Source: Candidatus Thorarchaeota archaeon (GTDB taxonomy: Archaea; Asgardarchaeota; Thorarchaeia; Thorarchaeales; Thorarchaeaceae). From it: a stretch of DNA of 64,000 nt. Shown here one piece after another: positions 40,264 to 50,121 of the stretch. The notes beneath the pieces were generated by a model. That model saw only the letters and a list, made by a program, of their open reading frames with translations, ran no database searches and was not told where the DNA came from. The translations under genes were made by a program, and so were the position numbers. Location: contig JAWOEX010000032.1 of NCBI GenBank assembly GCA_046482545.1, positions 32,001 to 96,000 on the forward strand. The letters run 5' to 3'. Each line of letters starts with the position of its first letter. Position 1 is the first letter of the stretch.

Positions 40264-41352
40264 TTGTCAGAACCAATGGATTCATTCGAAATCATTGCTC
40301 CAGGTAGAGTTTGCCTATTTGGTGAGCATAGTGACTATCTGGGTCTTCCTGTCATACCGGCGGCTATTGACCTATGCATTATGATGAGAGGGAATCCTAC
40401 ATCCGACAATCGTATATCCGTGCACTACCTTGACACAGAGGAATACGACGAGTTTGAAGTCACAGAACCGATTCGTTATCGTCATAATAGGGACTACTTG
40501 CGTAGCGCGTTCAATGTGATGGCAAGTAATGGGATCCGTCCTAAGACGGGGGCCGAAGTGGAGATTACAGGACAAATTCCCATAGCCGCAGGTCTTAGTA
40601 GTTCCTCTGCTCTGACTGTTGCGTCAATACTGCTTGTTGCTCATCTGAGTGGAACTCAGCTCGATGAATCTGAGTTGGCTAGGCTAGCCTACGAAGCAGA
40701 AGTGGTCGAATTCGGTGAAAGTGGTGGTATGCAAGACCATCTAGCGTCATCCTACGGTGGGATTATCCATCTCCGATTTACTGACGGGTCTCCAAATGTG
40801 ATTAGGTTGCCAGTCACTCTTGACGGCATAGTAATCGGAGACTCTTTAGAGAGTAAAGATGATACAGTTGGTGATTTGGCGTTTATCCGAGAAACCGTAG
40901 AACGTGGGTATGAATCATTATCACTTGTTATTGATGACTTCAATCCCCGAGATACCCCCCTCGAGAAGGTATCACAGCCCGTGGAAGAGCTTGAAGAACC
41001 AATGAGGACAATGACGAAGACAACCCTGCTCAACAGGGATTTAACGCGGAGGGCTTTGAAGCTACTTAATGCTGAATCTTTTGACTATGACAGAATCGGT
41101 CAACTACTAAACGAACATCATCGATTGCTGCGGGATGGTTTGAATAGGTCAACAGAAAAAATAGAAGCAATGATTTCCGCAGCACGTCAAGCTGGAGCCC
41201 TCGGATGCAAAATCAATGGCTCAGGAGGTGGGGGAACTATGATGGCCCTTGCACCGAACAAAGAGAAGGAGGCCGCAGCAGCTATTCGACAGGTCGGCGG
41301 GAAGCCCTATCGAATCGAAATCCACCGCGGTGCACATGTGACGAGTTATTGA
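40264..41352 (+). CDS. GHMP kinase, galactokinase-like
   Basis: APGRVCLFGEHSDY, PIAAGLSSSSA, KINGSGGGG. Confidence 0.85.
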   Translation: MSEPMDSFEIIAPGRVCLFGEHSDYLGLPVIPAAIDLCIMMRGNPTSDNRISVHYLDTEEYDEFEVTEPIRYRHNRDYLRSAFNVMASNGIRPKTGAEVEITGQIPIAAGLSSSSALTVASILLVAHLSGTQLDESELARLAYEAEVVEFGESGGMQDHLASSYGGIIHLRFTDGSPNVIRLPVTLDGIVIGDSLESKDDTVGDLAFIRETVERGYESLSLVIDDFNPRDTPLEKVSQPVEELEEPMRTMTKTTLLNRDLTRRALKLLNAESFDYDRIGQLLNEHHRLLRDGLNRSTEKIEAMISAARQAGALGCKINGSGGGGTMMALAPNKEKEAAAAIRQVGGKPYRIEIHRGAHVTSY

Positions 41353-41362
41353 GACACGACAG

Positions 41363-42922
41363 CTATTGTTCCGCCATTTCTTTCATTCTTCTCTCAACAA
41401 ATTCGAGAACTTCTTGCTTTATCTTCTTGCCATTCTCGATGAGTTCATCCACTTCTTTCTGTGTCTTCTTGACGTAGGATTCATCCTCAATACTATCTAG
41501 ATTGATTCGCACATTGAGAGCCGCGCCTTCAATGGCGGCCATCAATGCATGAGCAGCTACGCCAGCATCCGTGACTGCATTGATGTTGCCTTTCTTGGCT
41601 GCAGGTACTGCGTTCTCAAGCGCATGGTATGATTTTCGCATAGTCTTGAGTGGAACTTCTGCAGCGTTCTTGGTGGCTTCTTGGATTTGTTTCTGTTTCT
41701 CTTTCTTCTCTTCTTCGGTTTCTGCTTTCATCCTGTACTTGGCCATTACTTGGTCAAAGGCTTCAGAGTCTTCTTCCACCAAACCCATGAGCTTCCCACG
41801 GTCAGTCTCTGTAGAATGGCGAACATCCAGCATTTCCTGCTTGATAGCTGCGAACTTCCGCCCAGTTAGTGATAGACCAGTCACCATGCAGACGAGTGCA
41901 CTTCCGAACGCACCCATAGCAGCTGCAACACTTCCTCCACCAGGAGTGGCGCGTGCCCGTCTAACTGCGTCACTGAATTCGATTAAAGACATTTCCGAAA
42001 ATGGCTTCTTCCCGGGTTCCTCGCCGCCACCTAGATAATAAAGATCCAGAATCATATCTTCATCAAGATGCTCAGGCTGCAGGTAGTAATTCAGTGCATC
42101 AAGGAGAGCAAACAGTGGCACCATGCCGATTATTTCAGTTTCAACAACTGTTGCACCGAATCTTCTAGCTTCATTCCTGACCACTTCGAGGACTTGGTGG
42201 ATTTTCGTCTTTTTCGGATGGATCAAATTGCATGATACCTGTACCATGCCTTTTTCGGGCAGGTCAAGCCCGATACCCTGAACATACACAAAGCCGCCAG
42301 TCGTGGCACGAACTGCATTCGCACATTCCTTCGCTACTTCAACATCGGTCGTATCGAGGTTCATGTTGAAGGCAATAAGATAGTGCCGTGCTCCAGTTGC
42401 GGTAGCTCCTGCTTTGGGATTGATCTTGTTGGGGCCAAAATCCGGTTCTTTAGTTGGGTCTTCGCCGATTCTTTCACTCAACGCTTCATATTCGCCCTGG
42501 CGGATATTCGGAAGCTCTTCCCGTTCAGGTCGTGTTGCAGATTCTGCATACAGATAGACTGGAACATCATGCTTCTCTGCAAACTCCTTCCCAAATTCCT
42601 TCGAGAGTTCTATGCACTCACCAATGGTTGTCCCGTGCAGCGGAACAAAAGGCACAACATCTACTGCGCCCATACGGGGATGGCCGCCTTCATGCTTGCG
42701 CATATCTATTCTCTCAACCGCTACATCAGCAGCTTGGTGTGCGGCTTCTTTGACTTTCTGAGGTTGACCAATAAAGGTAAAGACTGATCGATTGTGATCA
42801 TAATCATATTCGACGTCCAGAAGTCTTACGCCTTCTACACTTTTGATAGCATCACCTATGGCATCAATGACTTCCTTATCTCGACCTTCGCTGAAGTTGG
42901 GGACGCACTCCACGTAACGCAT
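41363..42922 (-). CDS. ftcd: Bifunctional glutamate formimidoyltransferase / cyclodeaminase
   Basis: VECVPNFSEGR, HPRMGAVDVVPF, TPGGGSVAA, LNVRINL; start at MRYVEC inferred. Confidence 0.93.
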   Translation of the reverse strand: MRYVECVPNFSEGRDKEVIDAIGDAIKSVEGVRLLDVEYDYDHNRSVFTFIGQPQKVKEAAHQAADVAVERIDMRKHEGGHPRMGAVDVVPFVPLHGTTIGECIELSKEFGKEFAEKHDVPVYLYAESATRPEREELPNIRQGEYEALSERIGEDPTKEPDFGPNKINPKAGATATGARHYLIAFNMNLDTTDVEVAKECANAVRATTGGFVYVQGIGLDLPEKGMVQVSCNLIHPKKTKIHQVLEVVRNEARRFGATVVETEIIGMVPLFALLDALNYYLQPEHLDEDMILDLYYLGGGEEPGKKPFSEMSLIEFSDAVRRARATPGGGSVAAAMGAFGSALVCMVTGLSLTGRKFAAIKQEMLDVRHSTETDRGKLMGLVEEDSEAFDQVMAKYRMKAETEEEKKEKQKQIQEATKNAAEVPLKTMRKSYHALENAVPAAKKGNINAVTDAGVAAHALMAAIEGAALNVRINLDSIEDESYVKKTQKEVDELIENGKKIKQEVLEFVERRMKEMAEQ

Positions 42923-43024
42923 CTTCAATTCACTCTCTCCTTGATTATCATGCATCTGACGGTGCAATCGCCAAAAAAGCGTTTGGGATTGCTCCTTAGC
43001 CATGTGGTGAGTGAATATAATTCC

Positions 43025-43960
43025 CTATGTGGTATACGAGCCATAGTCAATGGCGTCCGTGGCAAGCACGTTTGCCTGAGCGGTCTGATACGCATATGCT
43101 GTCAATACGTTCTTGAGCAGCATGGTTATGGTCATGGGACCTACACCTCCAGGCACGGGCGTGATGTACTTCGCCTTCTTCTTGATCTGCTCAAAGTCGC
43201 AGTCTCCGTATGGCGAAGCTACATCTATGACTATTGCATCTTCTTTGACCATATCCTCTGTGATGAAGTACGGGTCCTCCTTTGATTCGCGGAGACCGAC
43301 CGCGGTTATCAGCACATCCGCATCATTGGTATAACTCTTCAAATTCTCGGTTTTGGAGTGACACACTGATACAGTGAGGTCACGGTTCAGGAGCAGAAAG
43401 ATGAGTGGCTTACCTACAATAATCGACCTATTGATGATGACGGCCTGCATGCCTTTCAACTTGACATTCAAGTGATCTAGTATAGTCACAATTCCCTGAG
43501 GTGTGGCCGCGGCTAGCATCTCTCCACCATGGAAAAGTCTGTAGATGTTGCGGGGAGCAAATCCATCCACATCTTTGTCAGGATCGATAGCGCTGATGAT
43601 ATTCTCCTTGTCCATATGCTTCGGCAAAGGAAGTTGAGCAAGTATGCCATGCACCTTGCTGTCACGATTCAACTCCTCAATTTTCATAATCAGCTCATCT
43701 TCTTGTATGTCAGCTGGCAGGTTGAAGTTCTTAGAGAGAATACCCACTTTCTTGGCCGCTCTCTTTTTGTATTTGATATACTTCTTAGAAGCGGCATCAT
43801 CGCCTACAAGAATTGTTGCCAATTTCGGCGGCAACTGATGCATCTCAGTTAATCGCTTGACCTCCTCCCCTATTTTTCCACGAATCTGGCTTGAGAGTTC
43901 GCGCCCATCGATGACGTTGCCATCGCAGAACGATTCGGGTGTGAAGTCGAGCGAAATCAA
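43025..43960 (-). CDS. folD: Methylenetetrahydrofolate dehydrogenase/cyclohydrolase
   Basis: YIKYK, QLPLP, KDVDG, IVGKP, TPVPGGVGPMT. Confidence 0.95.
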   Translation of the reverse strand: MISLDFTPESFCDGNVIDGRELSSQIRGKIGEEVKRLTEMHQLPPKLATILVGDDAASKKYIKYKKRAAKKVGILSKNFNLPADIQEDELIMKIEELNRDSKVHGILAQLPLPKHMDKENIISAIDPDKDVDGFAPRNIYRLFHGGEMLAAATPQGIVTILDHLNVKLKGMQAVIINRSIIVGKPLIFLLLNRDLTVSVCHSKTENLKSYTNDADVLITAVGLRESKEDPYFITEDMVKEDAIVIDVASPYGDCDFEQIKKKAKYITPVPGGVGPMTITMLLKNVLTAYAYQTAQANVLATDAIDYGSYTT

Positions 43961-43961
43961 T

Positions 43962-45560
43962 CTATATCACTCCGTGAATATTCCCGTTGTTGTCAATATC
44001 CATATCCTCGGCAGCAGGCTTCTTTGGCAGACCCGGCATCAACATAACATCACCCATGTACACAATGACGAATCCTGCTCCTGCGCTAACATCTGCTCCT
44101 CTGACGTTTACCCTGAAATCCTCAGGTTTTCCGAGAAGCTTGGAATTATCAGAAAGGCTGAATTGTGTTTTCGCGACACAAATCGGGAGATTACCATGGC
44201 CACGATTTTCAAGTGACCAGATTTCACCTCCTGCATTTCCCGAGTATATGACACCATCAGCACCATACACTGATTTGGCTAGCTTCTCAATCTTCGTCTT
44301 TATATTGTCATCGAGGCTATATGTGTATTTCAGATTGCTTTCTTTCTCCACAGCATCAAGCACGCTTTTGGCGAAGTCTCTTCCTCCTTCACTACCTTTC
44401 GCAAAGACTTCGGAGACCTCCATACTCCAACCGTTCTCCTCACAGAATTTTCTGAGAGACACGATTTCTTCGTCAGTATCATCTGGAAACCGATTGAGCG
44501 TAACAACGAAGGGAACACCAAATTCAGTAAGGTTTTCTGCATGTGCTTTCAGATTGGGAAAACCCTTGCTGAGGTCACCATCACCATGCTTCTTGAGGGC
44601 TCTTATCGATGTTAGAAGCACCGTGGCATCGACATCAAAATTTCCCGCCCGGGTGACAATATTGAAGAACTTCTCCGCTCCGAGGTCAGCACCAAATCCT
44701 GCTTCGACTACAACATAGTCAAACAAGCGGAGTGCCAGATCGATTGCAACTATAGAATTGGTTCCATGGGCTATGTTGGCGAATGGTCCGGTATGAATAA
44801 TGGCCGGGGTTCCTTCGGATGTCTGTACAAGGTTGGGTTTGAGTGCATCGCTGAGCAGAACCGACATTGCACCTTCAGCGTCGAGGTCTCTAGCGTATAC
44901 TTCATTCAAATCCAAGTCTCTGGAAACTAGTATTCCTCCAAGTCTGTTCTTCAAGTTATCGTAATCTTTTGCTAGAGCAAGAATGGCCATGATTTCGGAG
45001 GCTGCGGTAATGACAAATGTGTCTTCTCTCGGATAGCCACCAGATTTACCTCCAAGACCAACAACAACCTTCCTGAGGGCACGGTCATTCATATCGAGTG
45101 CTCTAGGCCAATATACCCGTCTACCGTCTATACCTACATCCGTATTGCGGTGTATATGATTATCAATGAGGGCGGATAACAGATTATGGGCTGAAGTGAT
45201 TGCCGGAAAATCAGCAGTGAACGATAGATTGATTTTGTCAGATGGTACAACTTTCGCTTTTCCACCCCCAGTAGCACCTCCCTTGATGCCAAACACGGGT
45301 CCCAGTGATGGCTCTCTGAGAGTTACTACTGCATTGTGTCCCAAGGCATTAAGAGCCATGGAGAGACCAATCGAGTTTGTGGTCTTACCTTCTCCAGCAC
45401 GTGTAGGGCTGGTTGCTGTTACGAGAATTAGTTTTCCCTTTCTTTCACCAAGCTCCTTGCGTATGCTCAAATCTACCTTGGCCATATGTTTACCATAAGG
45501 TTCAAGGTATTTGTCATCTATTCCTGCCTTTTCTGCTATTTTCGATATCTGAATCATCAT
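43962..45560 (-). CDS. fhs: Formate--tetrahydrofolate ligase
   Basis: PTRAGEGKTT, REPSLGPVFGIKGGATGGG, GPFANIAHG, EAGFGADLGAEKF, MPGLP. Confidence 0.97.
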   Translation of the reverse strand: MMIQISKIAEKAGIDDKYLEPYGKHMAKVDLSIRKELGERKGKLILVTATSPTRAGEGKTTNSIGLSMALNALGHNAVVTLREPSLGPVFGIKGGATGGGKAKVVPSDKINLSFTADFPAITSAHNLLSALIDNHIHRNTDVGIDGRRVYWPRALDMNDRALRKVVVGLGGKSGGYPREDTFVITAASEIMAILALAKDYDNLKNRLGGILVSRDLDLNEVYARDLDAEGAMSVLLSDALKPNLVQTSEGTPAIIHTGPFANIAHGTNSIVAIDLALRLFDYVVVEAGFGADLGAEKFFNIVTRAGNFDVDATVLLTSIRALKKHGDGDLSKGFPNLKAHAENLTEFGVPFVVTLNRFPDDTDEEIVSLRKFCEENGWSMEVSEVFAKGSEGGRDFAKSVLDAVEKESNLKYTYSLDDNIKTKIEKLAKSVYGADGVIYSGNAGGEIWSLENRGHGNLPICVAKTQFSLSDNSKLLGKPEDFRVNVRGADVSAGAGFVIVYMGDVMLMPGLPKKPAAEDMDIDNNGNIHGVI

Positions 45561-45732
45561 TCTCCTACTCCATAGCTAGACGCCGGTATTTAGAGTGTAC
45601 GTTACGAAACACTGTATCCATCTGCGTGAACTTGACAAATAAAGCCAGCTAAATAAGATATGTTACAGAATTCGGGTTTTGTCCTTGTCCGAAAGTCACT
45701 CCAAAAGGAAATAAGACCCTACTACTACTGAA

Positions 45733-47058
45733 ATGCTCGGAAGGATTACGATGGAGAAGATTCCATTTGATGCAATGCCTGATGCGATGCCCGACGCACT
45801 GAATTTTGAAGATTATATCATAGGTACCTACTATGTGGGATTACCGCCGTTCATGGACGCACGAGATGTAGCTCACGCTGCTGCGATTGAGCAGTCCACG
45901 GGAACTTGGACGATGGTACCCGGAGAAACGGTTGAAGTCAGGAAACGACATGTGGCAAAGGTTATCGGCATATATGAAGTACCATACTACGAATACAGCA
46001 AACCTAGTGATTTGGAACGGCGAGAATACATAATTCAGGTGGCTTTTCCCCACGAAAATTTTGGGCCACAGATTCCGATGTTACTCAGTACAGTGATCGG
46101 CAATATCTCTATGGGTGGACGTATCAAATGTTTGGATCTCCGTTTTCCGAAAACATGGCTCAAGGAGTTTTCAGGTCCGAAATTTGGTATGCAAGGTCTG
46201 AGAAAACTACTGGGTGTAAAGGAACGCCCTCTTCTCAACAACATGATTAAACCATGTGTCTACACCTCGGCGGAAATGGGTGCCGAGCTCTTCTATGAAG
46301 CGGCAGTGGGTGGATCCGATATAATAAAGGATGATGAATTGCTTGCCGATCCGCATTTCAACACACTGGAAGAGCGAGTTACCCTCTTCATGGAAGCTGC
46401 AGATAGAGCTGATGAGGAGAAAGGCGAGAAGACACTATATACGGCAAATATCACAGACCGGGTTCCGAAGGTCTTGGAGAATGCTGAAAGGGCACAAGAG
46501 TACGGTGCTAATGCTCTGATGGTGAACTTCTTGGCAGTTGGATATTCTGCCTTCAGAGCCGTGTGTGAGGATGAATCTGTGAAAGTGCCAGTCTTGGGTC
46601 ATATGGATATAGCAGGTGCGTTGTATGAATCCCCCATATCTGGAATTGCATCAAACCTTGTCATTGGTAAGTTTCCACGTCTGTGTGGGTCTGATATTAC
46701 TGTGTTTCCCGCCCCATATGGCAAGGCTCCCATTCTAAAGGAACGATTCCTAGGAATGGCACATGAAATGGTCATGCCTTTCCACCACATCGAACAGAGT
46801 GCTCCCATGCCAAGTGGCGGAATCTCTCAGGGGATGGTCGAAGAAGTAATGGACGATCTTGGCCCGGATATTGTCATTGGATCCGGTGGAGCAATACACG
46901 CACATCCTGATGGCCCAAAGGCAGGAGCAACAGCTTTCAGACAAGCAATCGATGCTAAGATGGAGGGTATCCCTGTTGGAAAATACGCTAAAGAGCATGA
47001 AGAATTGAAAGTTGCGCTCGAATCTTGGGGTTCAGGCAAGACTGGGTTCGCACTATAG
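45733..47058 (+). CDS. RuBisCO-like protein (form IV)
   Basis: EQSTGTW, FSGPKFG, IIKDDE, PSGG, GGAIHAHPDG; IKPC where bona fide RuBisCO has IKPK. Confidence 0.9.
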   Translation: MLGRITMEKIPFDAMPDAMPDALNFEDYIIGTYYVGLPPFMDARDVAHAAAIEQSTGTWTMVPGETVEVRKRHVAKVIGIYEVPYYEYSKPSDLERREYIIQVAFPHENFGPQIPMLLSTVIGNISMGGRIKCLDLRFPKTWLKEFSGPKFGMQGLRKLLGVKERPLLNNMIKPCVYTSAEMGAELFYEAAVGGSDIIKDDELLADPHFNTLEERVTLFMEAADRADEEKGEKTLYTANITDRVPKVLENAERAQEYGANALMVNFLAVGYSAFRAVCEDESVKVPVLGHMDIAGALYESPISGIASNLVIGKFPRLCGSDITVFPAPYGKAPILKERFLGMAHEMVMPFHHIEQSAPMPSGGISQGMVEEVMDDLGPDIVIGSGGAIHAHPDGPKAGATAFRQAIDAKMEGIPVGKYAKEHEELKVALESWGSGKTGFAL

Positions 47059-47147
47059 GCACTTGGAATAGCGCTTCCGATAACGTGGAATCACCTTCGA
47101 GCGTAGACTGCCCGCAGGTTCTTTGTTAATTCGCCATGGCTTAGTGC

Positions 47148-48773
47148 TTATTCCTGGTTAAGGGCCTTCCAAAGTCCCTTGTTCTTCTTGTAGTACTCCT
47201 TTAGAATTTCGTACAATCGATCGTACATGCTGGCATTAGCAGAATCTGGTTCGAATTCCTTGTCTGTGTCTACTCTTTCTGAAACAGTTGCAAAATCCGC
47301 GATTTCTCCCAGCCCGACCCACGCAACCATAGCTGCCCCAACGCTTCCTGCTTCCAAGTAGTGTTCCATACGATATACTGGTTTCTTGAGTATATCCGCG
47401 TAAATCTGGCACCAGATATCCGAATTTGCACACCCGCCAACCATGTTCACGCTGTCAACCTTGCCGAGCATTCTACGTTTCTCAACGCCTTCCATCATCC
47501 ATCGTGCATGATAGGCCGTACCCTCCATGACTGCACGTATCATATCTGCTTTGTCATGTGAAAGGGAGAGATTGAAGTAACCTCCACGAACATTATGGTC
47601 GTCTAGTGGTGTTCTTTCTCCAAACATCCATGGGGCAAAGAGTAATTTCTTGGATCCTGGTGGTGACTCTTCAGCGACGGCATCGAGTGTCTTGAACGGA
47701 TTCCGCTCACCGTTCCGGCATTTGGCGCATATCTCTTCGGCAGCACCCTTCACTCTTCTACACAGGTCACAATGCCAGTTCTCCCGTACGTGTTTAAGGC
47801 ATGCCCCCGCTGATTCCTGTTCTGCTATCATCAAGTACTTGCCAGGTATAGCGCTTCTAATTGAGCCGGTGTACGTGGAAATGTCCAGTTTCCGTTTCTT
47901 CACATGAGCCCCAAGCCAAGCAGAGGAACCAGCATAGAGGTGTACTTCTTTATCTCTTACAGCCCCAGACCCCACAGCAGCGGCTGTCATATCTCCACAC
48001 CCATTTACCACTACAGTCGAAGTAGTTAACCCCAAGTCCGAAGCTGCCTTCTCTGTAAGATGTCCAACGACCGCAGTCGATGGTGCCAATTCAGGTAACA
48101 TGTCCTTACCAATACCCATCCACCCCAGAATGGTATCTGACCATTCATTCTTTCCGGAGCGCGTATTCATGCACCACGTTAGGTTAGCGCAATCCCAAGA
48201 AGTAACAAATTTACCTGTGCTACGATGCACAAGGTAGTCCTTGCAATCGAGGAATTTATGAGTTCGCTCATAGATTTGAGGTCTCTCTTGCTTCACCCAG
48301 AGAATTTTCCCGATGATATCCTTGGCAGACGGCAGTCCCCCGGTTTGCCAAAGCATGCGCATCATCCTTATCGGGCCGGCTGCAATTTCCTTATTCTGCT
48401 TGGCTGCGCGGGTATCCATCCATGTCATACAGTTCATGAGAGGCTGCCCATGCGAATCGACAGGTATTGTACCCATCATCTGGGTGGAAAATGTGACAGC
48501 TGCCACATCCATGGGAACTGCATTGGACTTTGTCATCACGTCTCGGGATGTCTCAGTGATGGCACGCCACCAGTGCACATCAGGATTCTGTTCGGCGAAA
48601 CCTTCTGCAGGATAGAGCACAGGATAATCGCTAACTGCCGAAGCTACAATATCTCCGTTGATATCCACGAGGGAGGCCTTGTTCCCGCCCGTTCCCACGT
48701 CGTGCGCAAGTACATAGTTGCTCAGCGTAAGCACCTCAATAATAGACTGATGGCAATTCACACGATAAGACAA
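47148..48773 (-). CDS. FGGY-family carbohydrate kinase (xylulokinase-like)
   Basis: HDVGTGGNKA, WMDTRA, GCGD, GERTP, RAVMEG; true start probably ~48725. Confidence 0.9.
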   Translation of the reverse strand: MSYRVNCHQSIIEVLTLSNYVLAHDVGTGGNKASLVDINGDIVASAVSDYPVLYPAEGFAEQNPDVHWWRAITETSRDVMTKSNAVPMDVAAVTFSTQMMGTIPVDSHGQPLMNCMTWMDTRAAKQNKEIAAGPIRMMRMLWQTGGLPSAKDIIGKILWVKQERPQIYERTHKFLDCKDYLVHRSTGKFVTSWDCANLTWCMNTRSGKNEWSDTILGWMGIGKDMLPELAPSTAVVGHLTEKAASDLGLTTSTVVVNGCGDMTAAAVGSGAVRDKEVHLYAGSSAWLGAHVKKRKLDISTYTGSIRSAIPGKYLMIAEQESAGACLKHVRENWHCDLCRRVKGAAEEICAKCRNGERNPFKTLDAVAEESPPGSKKLLFAPWMFGERTPLDDHNVRGGYFNLSLSHDKADMIRAVMEGTAYHARWMMEGVEKRRMLGKVDSVNMVGGCANSDIWCQIYADILKKPVYRMEHYLEAGSVGAAMVAWVGLGEIADFATVSERVDTDKEFEPDSANASMYDRLYEILKEYYKKNKGLWKALNQE

Positions 48774-48821
48774 ATAGCTTTCGGGCCGAGCTGTTTGTGT
48801 GGACCTTTATCACCCTGATTA

Positions 48822-50036
48822 CTACAGTAATACCTGCTCGGTGTTACCCTCATGGTCTGTTGATTCGATGATGAGCGGCGATCCCTCGCCCCCAATTTCT
48901 TCCATCTTGAGTTGTTCTTGCATAAGACCTAGGAAATCAAGCGGATCTATACAACCCTCGGGTGGCAAAACTCCTTTCTTCTCAATTTTGCCCCGTAACA
49001 TCAATATCACGCCAAGTGCAGCCGGAATGCCGGTACCCTCACCCATTGATTGACCTTTTGAAGCAAGCCAAAAATCAAAGCGATGCTTCTTACCTTCCAT
49101 CAGTCCTTTCATCGTAATCTTTAGGCAGCCTTTCTGTTCGCCAAAACCCGTCCGCCGAAGAATCTTCTCACGTTGATTAAGAACATACGATATTGCAAAT
49201 TCGAGAGGAGAAATTTTGTGACCGGAGACATCGATTGGTTCTTCCTCGGTTATCCCAAGACGTACAATATCTCGGATGATGTCGTAATATTGGTCTGGTA
49301 GCACGCAGCCAAGATTTGTTACCCTGTTGCAGTCAATCCATTGAGGCAAGGTTATGGTTTCAGGATGTGGGTATGGATAGGACTTGTGAATACCCACCAT
49401 CTTGTAATCCACTTCTTCTTCCAAGGCTTTTCCATCCTCCCCAAAATATCTGACCGTTGTAAATTCACCATCTAGATACATTGGTATGTTCGCTTGCATA
49501 CTGTGTATTCGATGAGCTACAACAGCCCTCCCCTCGGTTGGCTCACCGCCATGAGCGTGATAAATATCAATTGAGTCTACTGAATCGAGCATATGATCGG
49601 CACAAAATTTGGCCAGCAGATTGGCTATGCCCGGAGAACTGCCCATTCCGGTAAGGGCACATATATCAGCCCGCTTTGCTTCTTCATCCATGTCCAATAT
49701 TTTTCTTGTTGCATCGAAATCATCACAGACATCAACATAGTCGATACCAGTATCGATTACTCCACGAAGAATACCTGGTCCAAATCGATAGAATGGGCCA
49801 CAAGTGTTGAGAACGACATCAGCATCTTGTATTGCTTCTTCTAAGCTCTCCGGCACGGTTACATCGACTTTTCGCACCGAGCATAGATCCGCATCAACTG
49901 CTTCTGCACGTTTTCTTGCCGCATCTTCCCGTATATCTGCTATGATGATGCTTGAAACTTCGTCGAAGGAAGCAAGAGTTTCTACCGCAATGCTCCCAAC
50001 AGTACCGCATCCGCCGAGAACCACCACACGTGACAT
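48822..50036 (-). CDS. Saccharopine dehydrogenase-family oxidoreductase
   Basis: GGCGTVG, NTCGPFY, YVDVCDD, GMGSSPG, HPETITLP, GVLPPE. Confidence 0.88.
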   Translation of the reverse strand: MSRVVVLGGCGTVGSIAVETLASFDEVSSIIIADIREDAARKRAEAVDADLCSVRKVDVTVPESLEEAIQDADVVLNTCGPFYRFGPGILRGVIDTGIDYVDVCDDFDATRKILDMDEEAKRADICALTGMGSSPGIANLLAKFCADHMLDSVDSIDIYHAHGGEPTEGRAVVAHRIHSMQANIPMYLDGEFTTVRYFGEDGKALEEEVDYKMVGIHKSYPYPHPETITLPQWIDCNRVTNLGCVLPDQYYDIIRDIVRLGITEEEPIDVSGHKISPLEFAISYVLNQREKILRRTGFGEQKGCLKITMKGLMEGKKHRFDFWLASKGQSMGEGTGIPAALGVILMLRGKIEKKGVLPPEGCIDPLDFLGLMQEQLKMEEIGGEGSPLIIESTDHEGNTEQVLL

Positions 50037-50121
50037 GGCTCAAGCAAGGAGTAACTCATGTATATAGGTATGTCGAGATTGATAACTTGATTCTGCTTGT
50101 GTTTTAGTAGAGATAAACCGA

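Noticed and set aside
43987-44718. 243-aa + strand ORF and similar long antisense ORFs elsewhere
   Set aside because: Antisense shadows of well-supported genes (here fhs)
45733-47058. Carbon-fixing RuBisCO
   Set aside because: IKPC instead of IKPK and other active-site divergence indicate form IV
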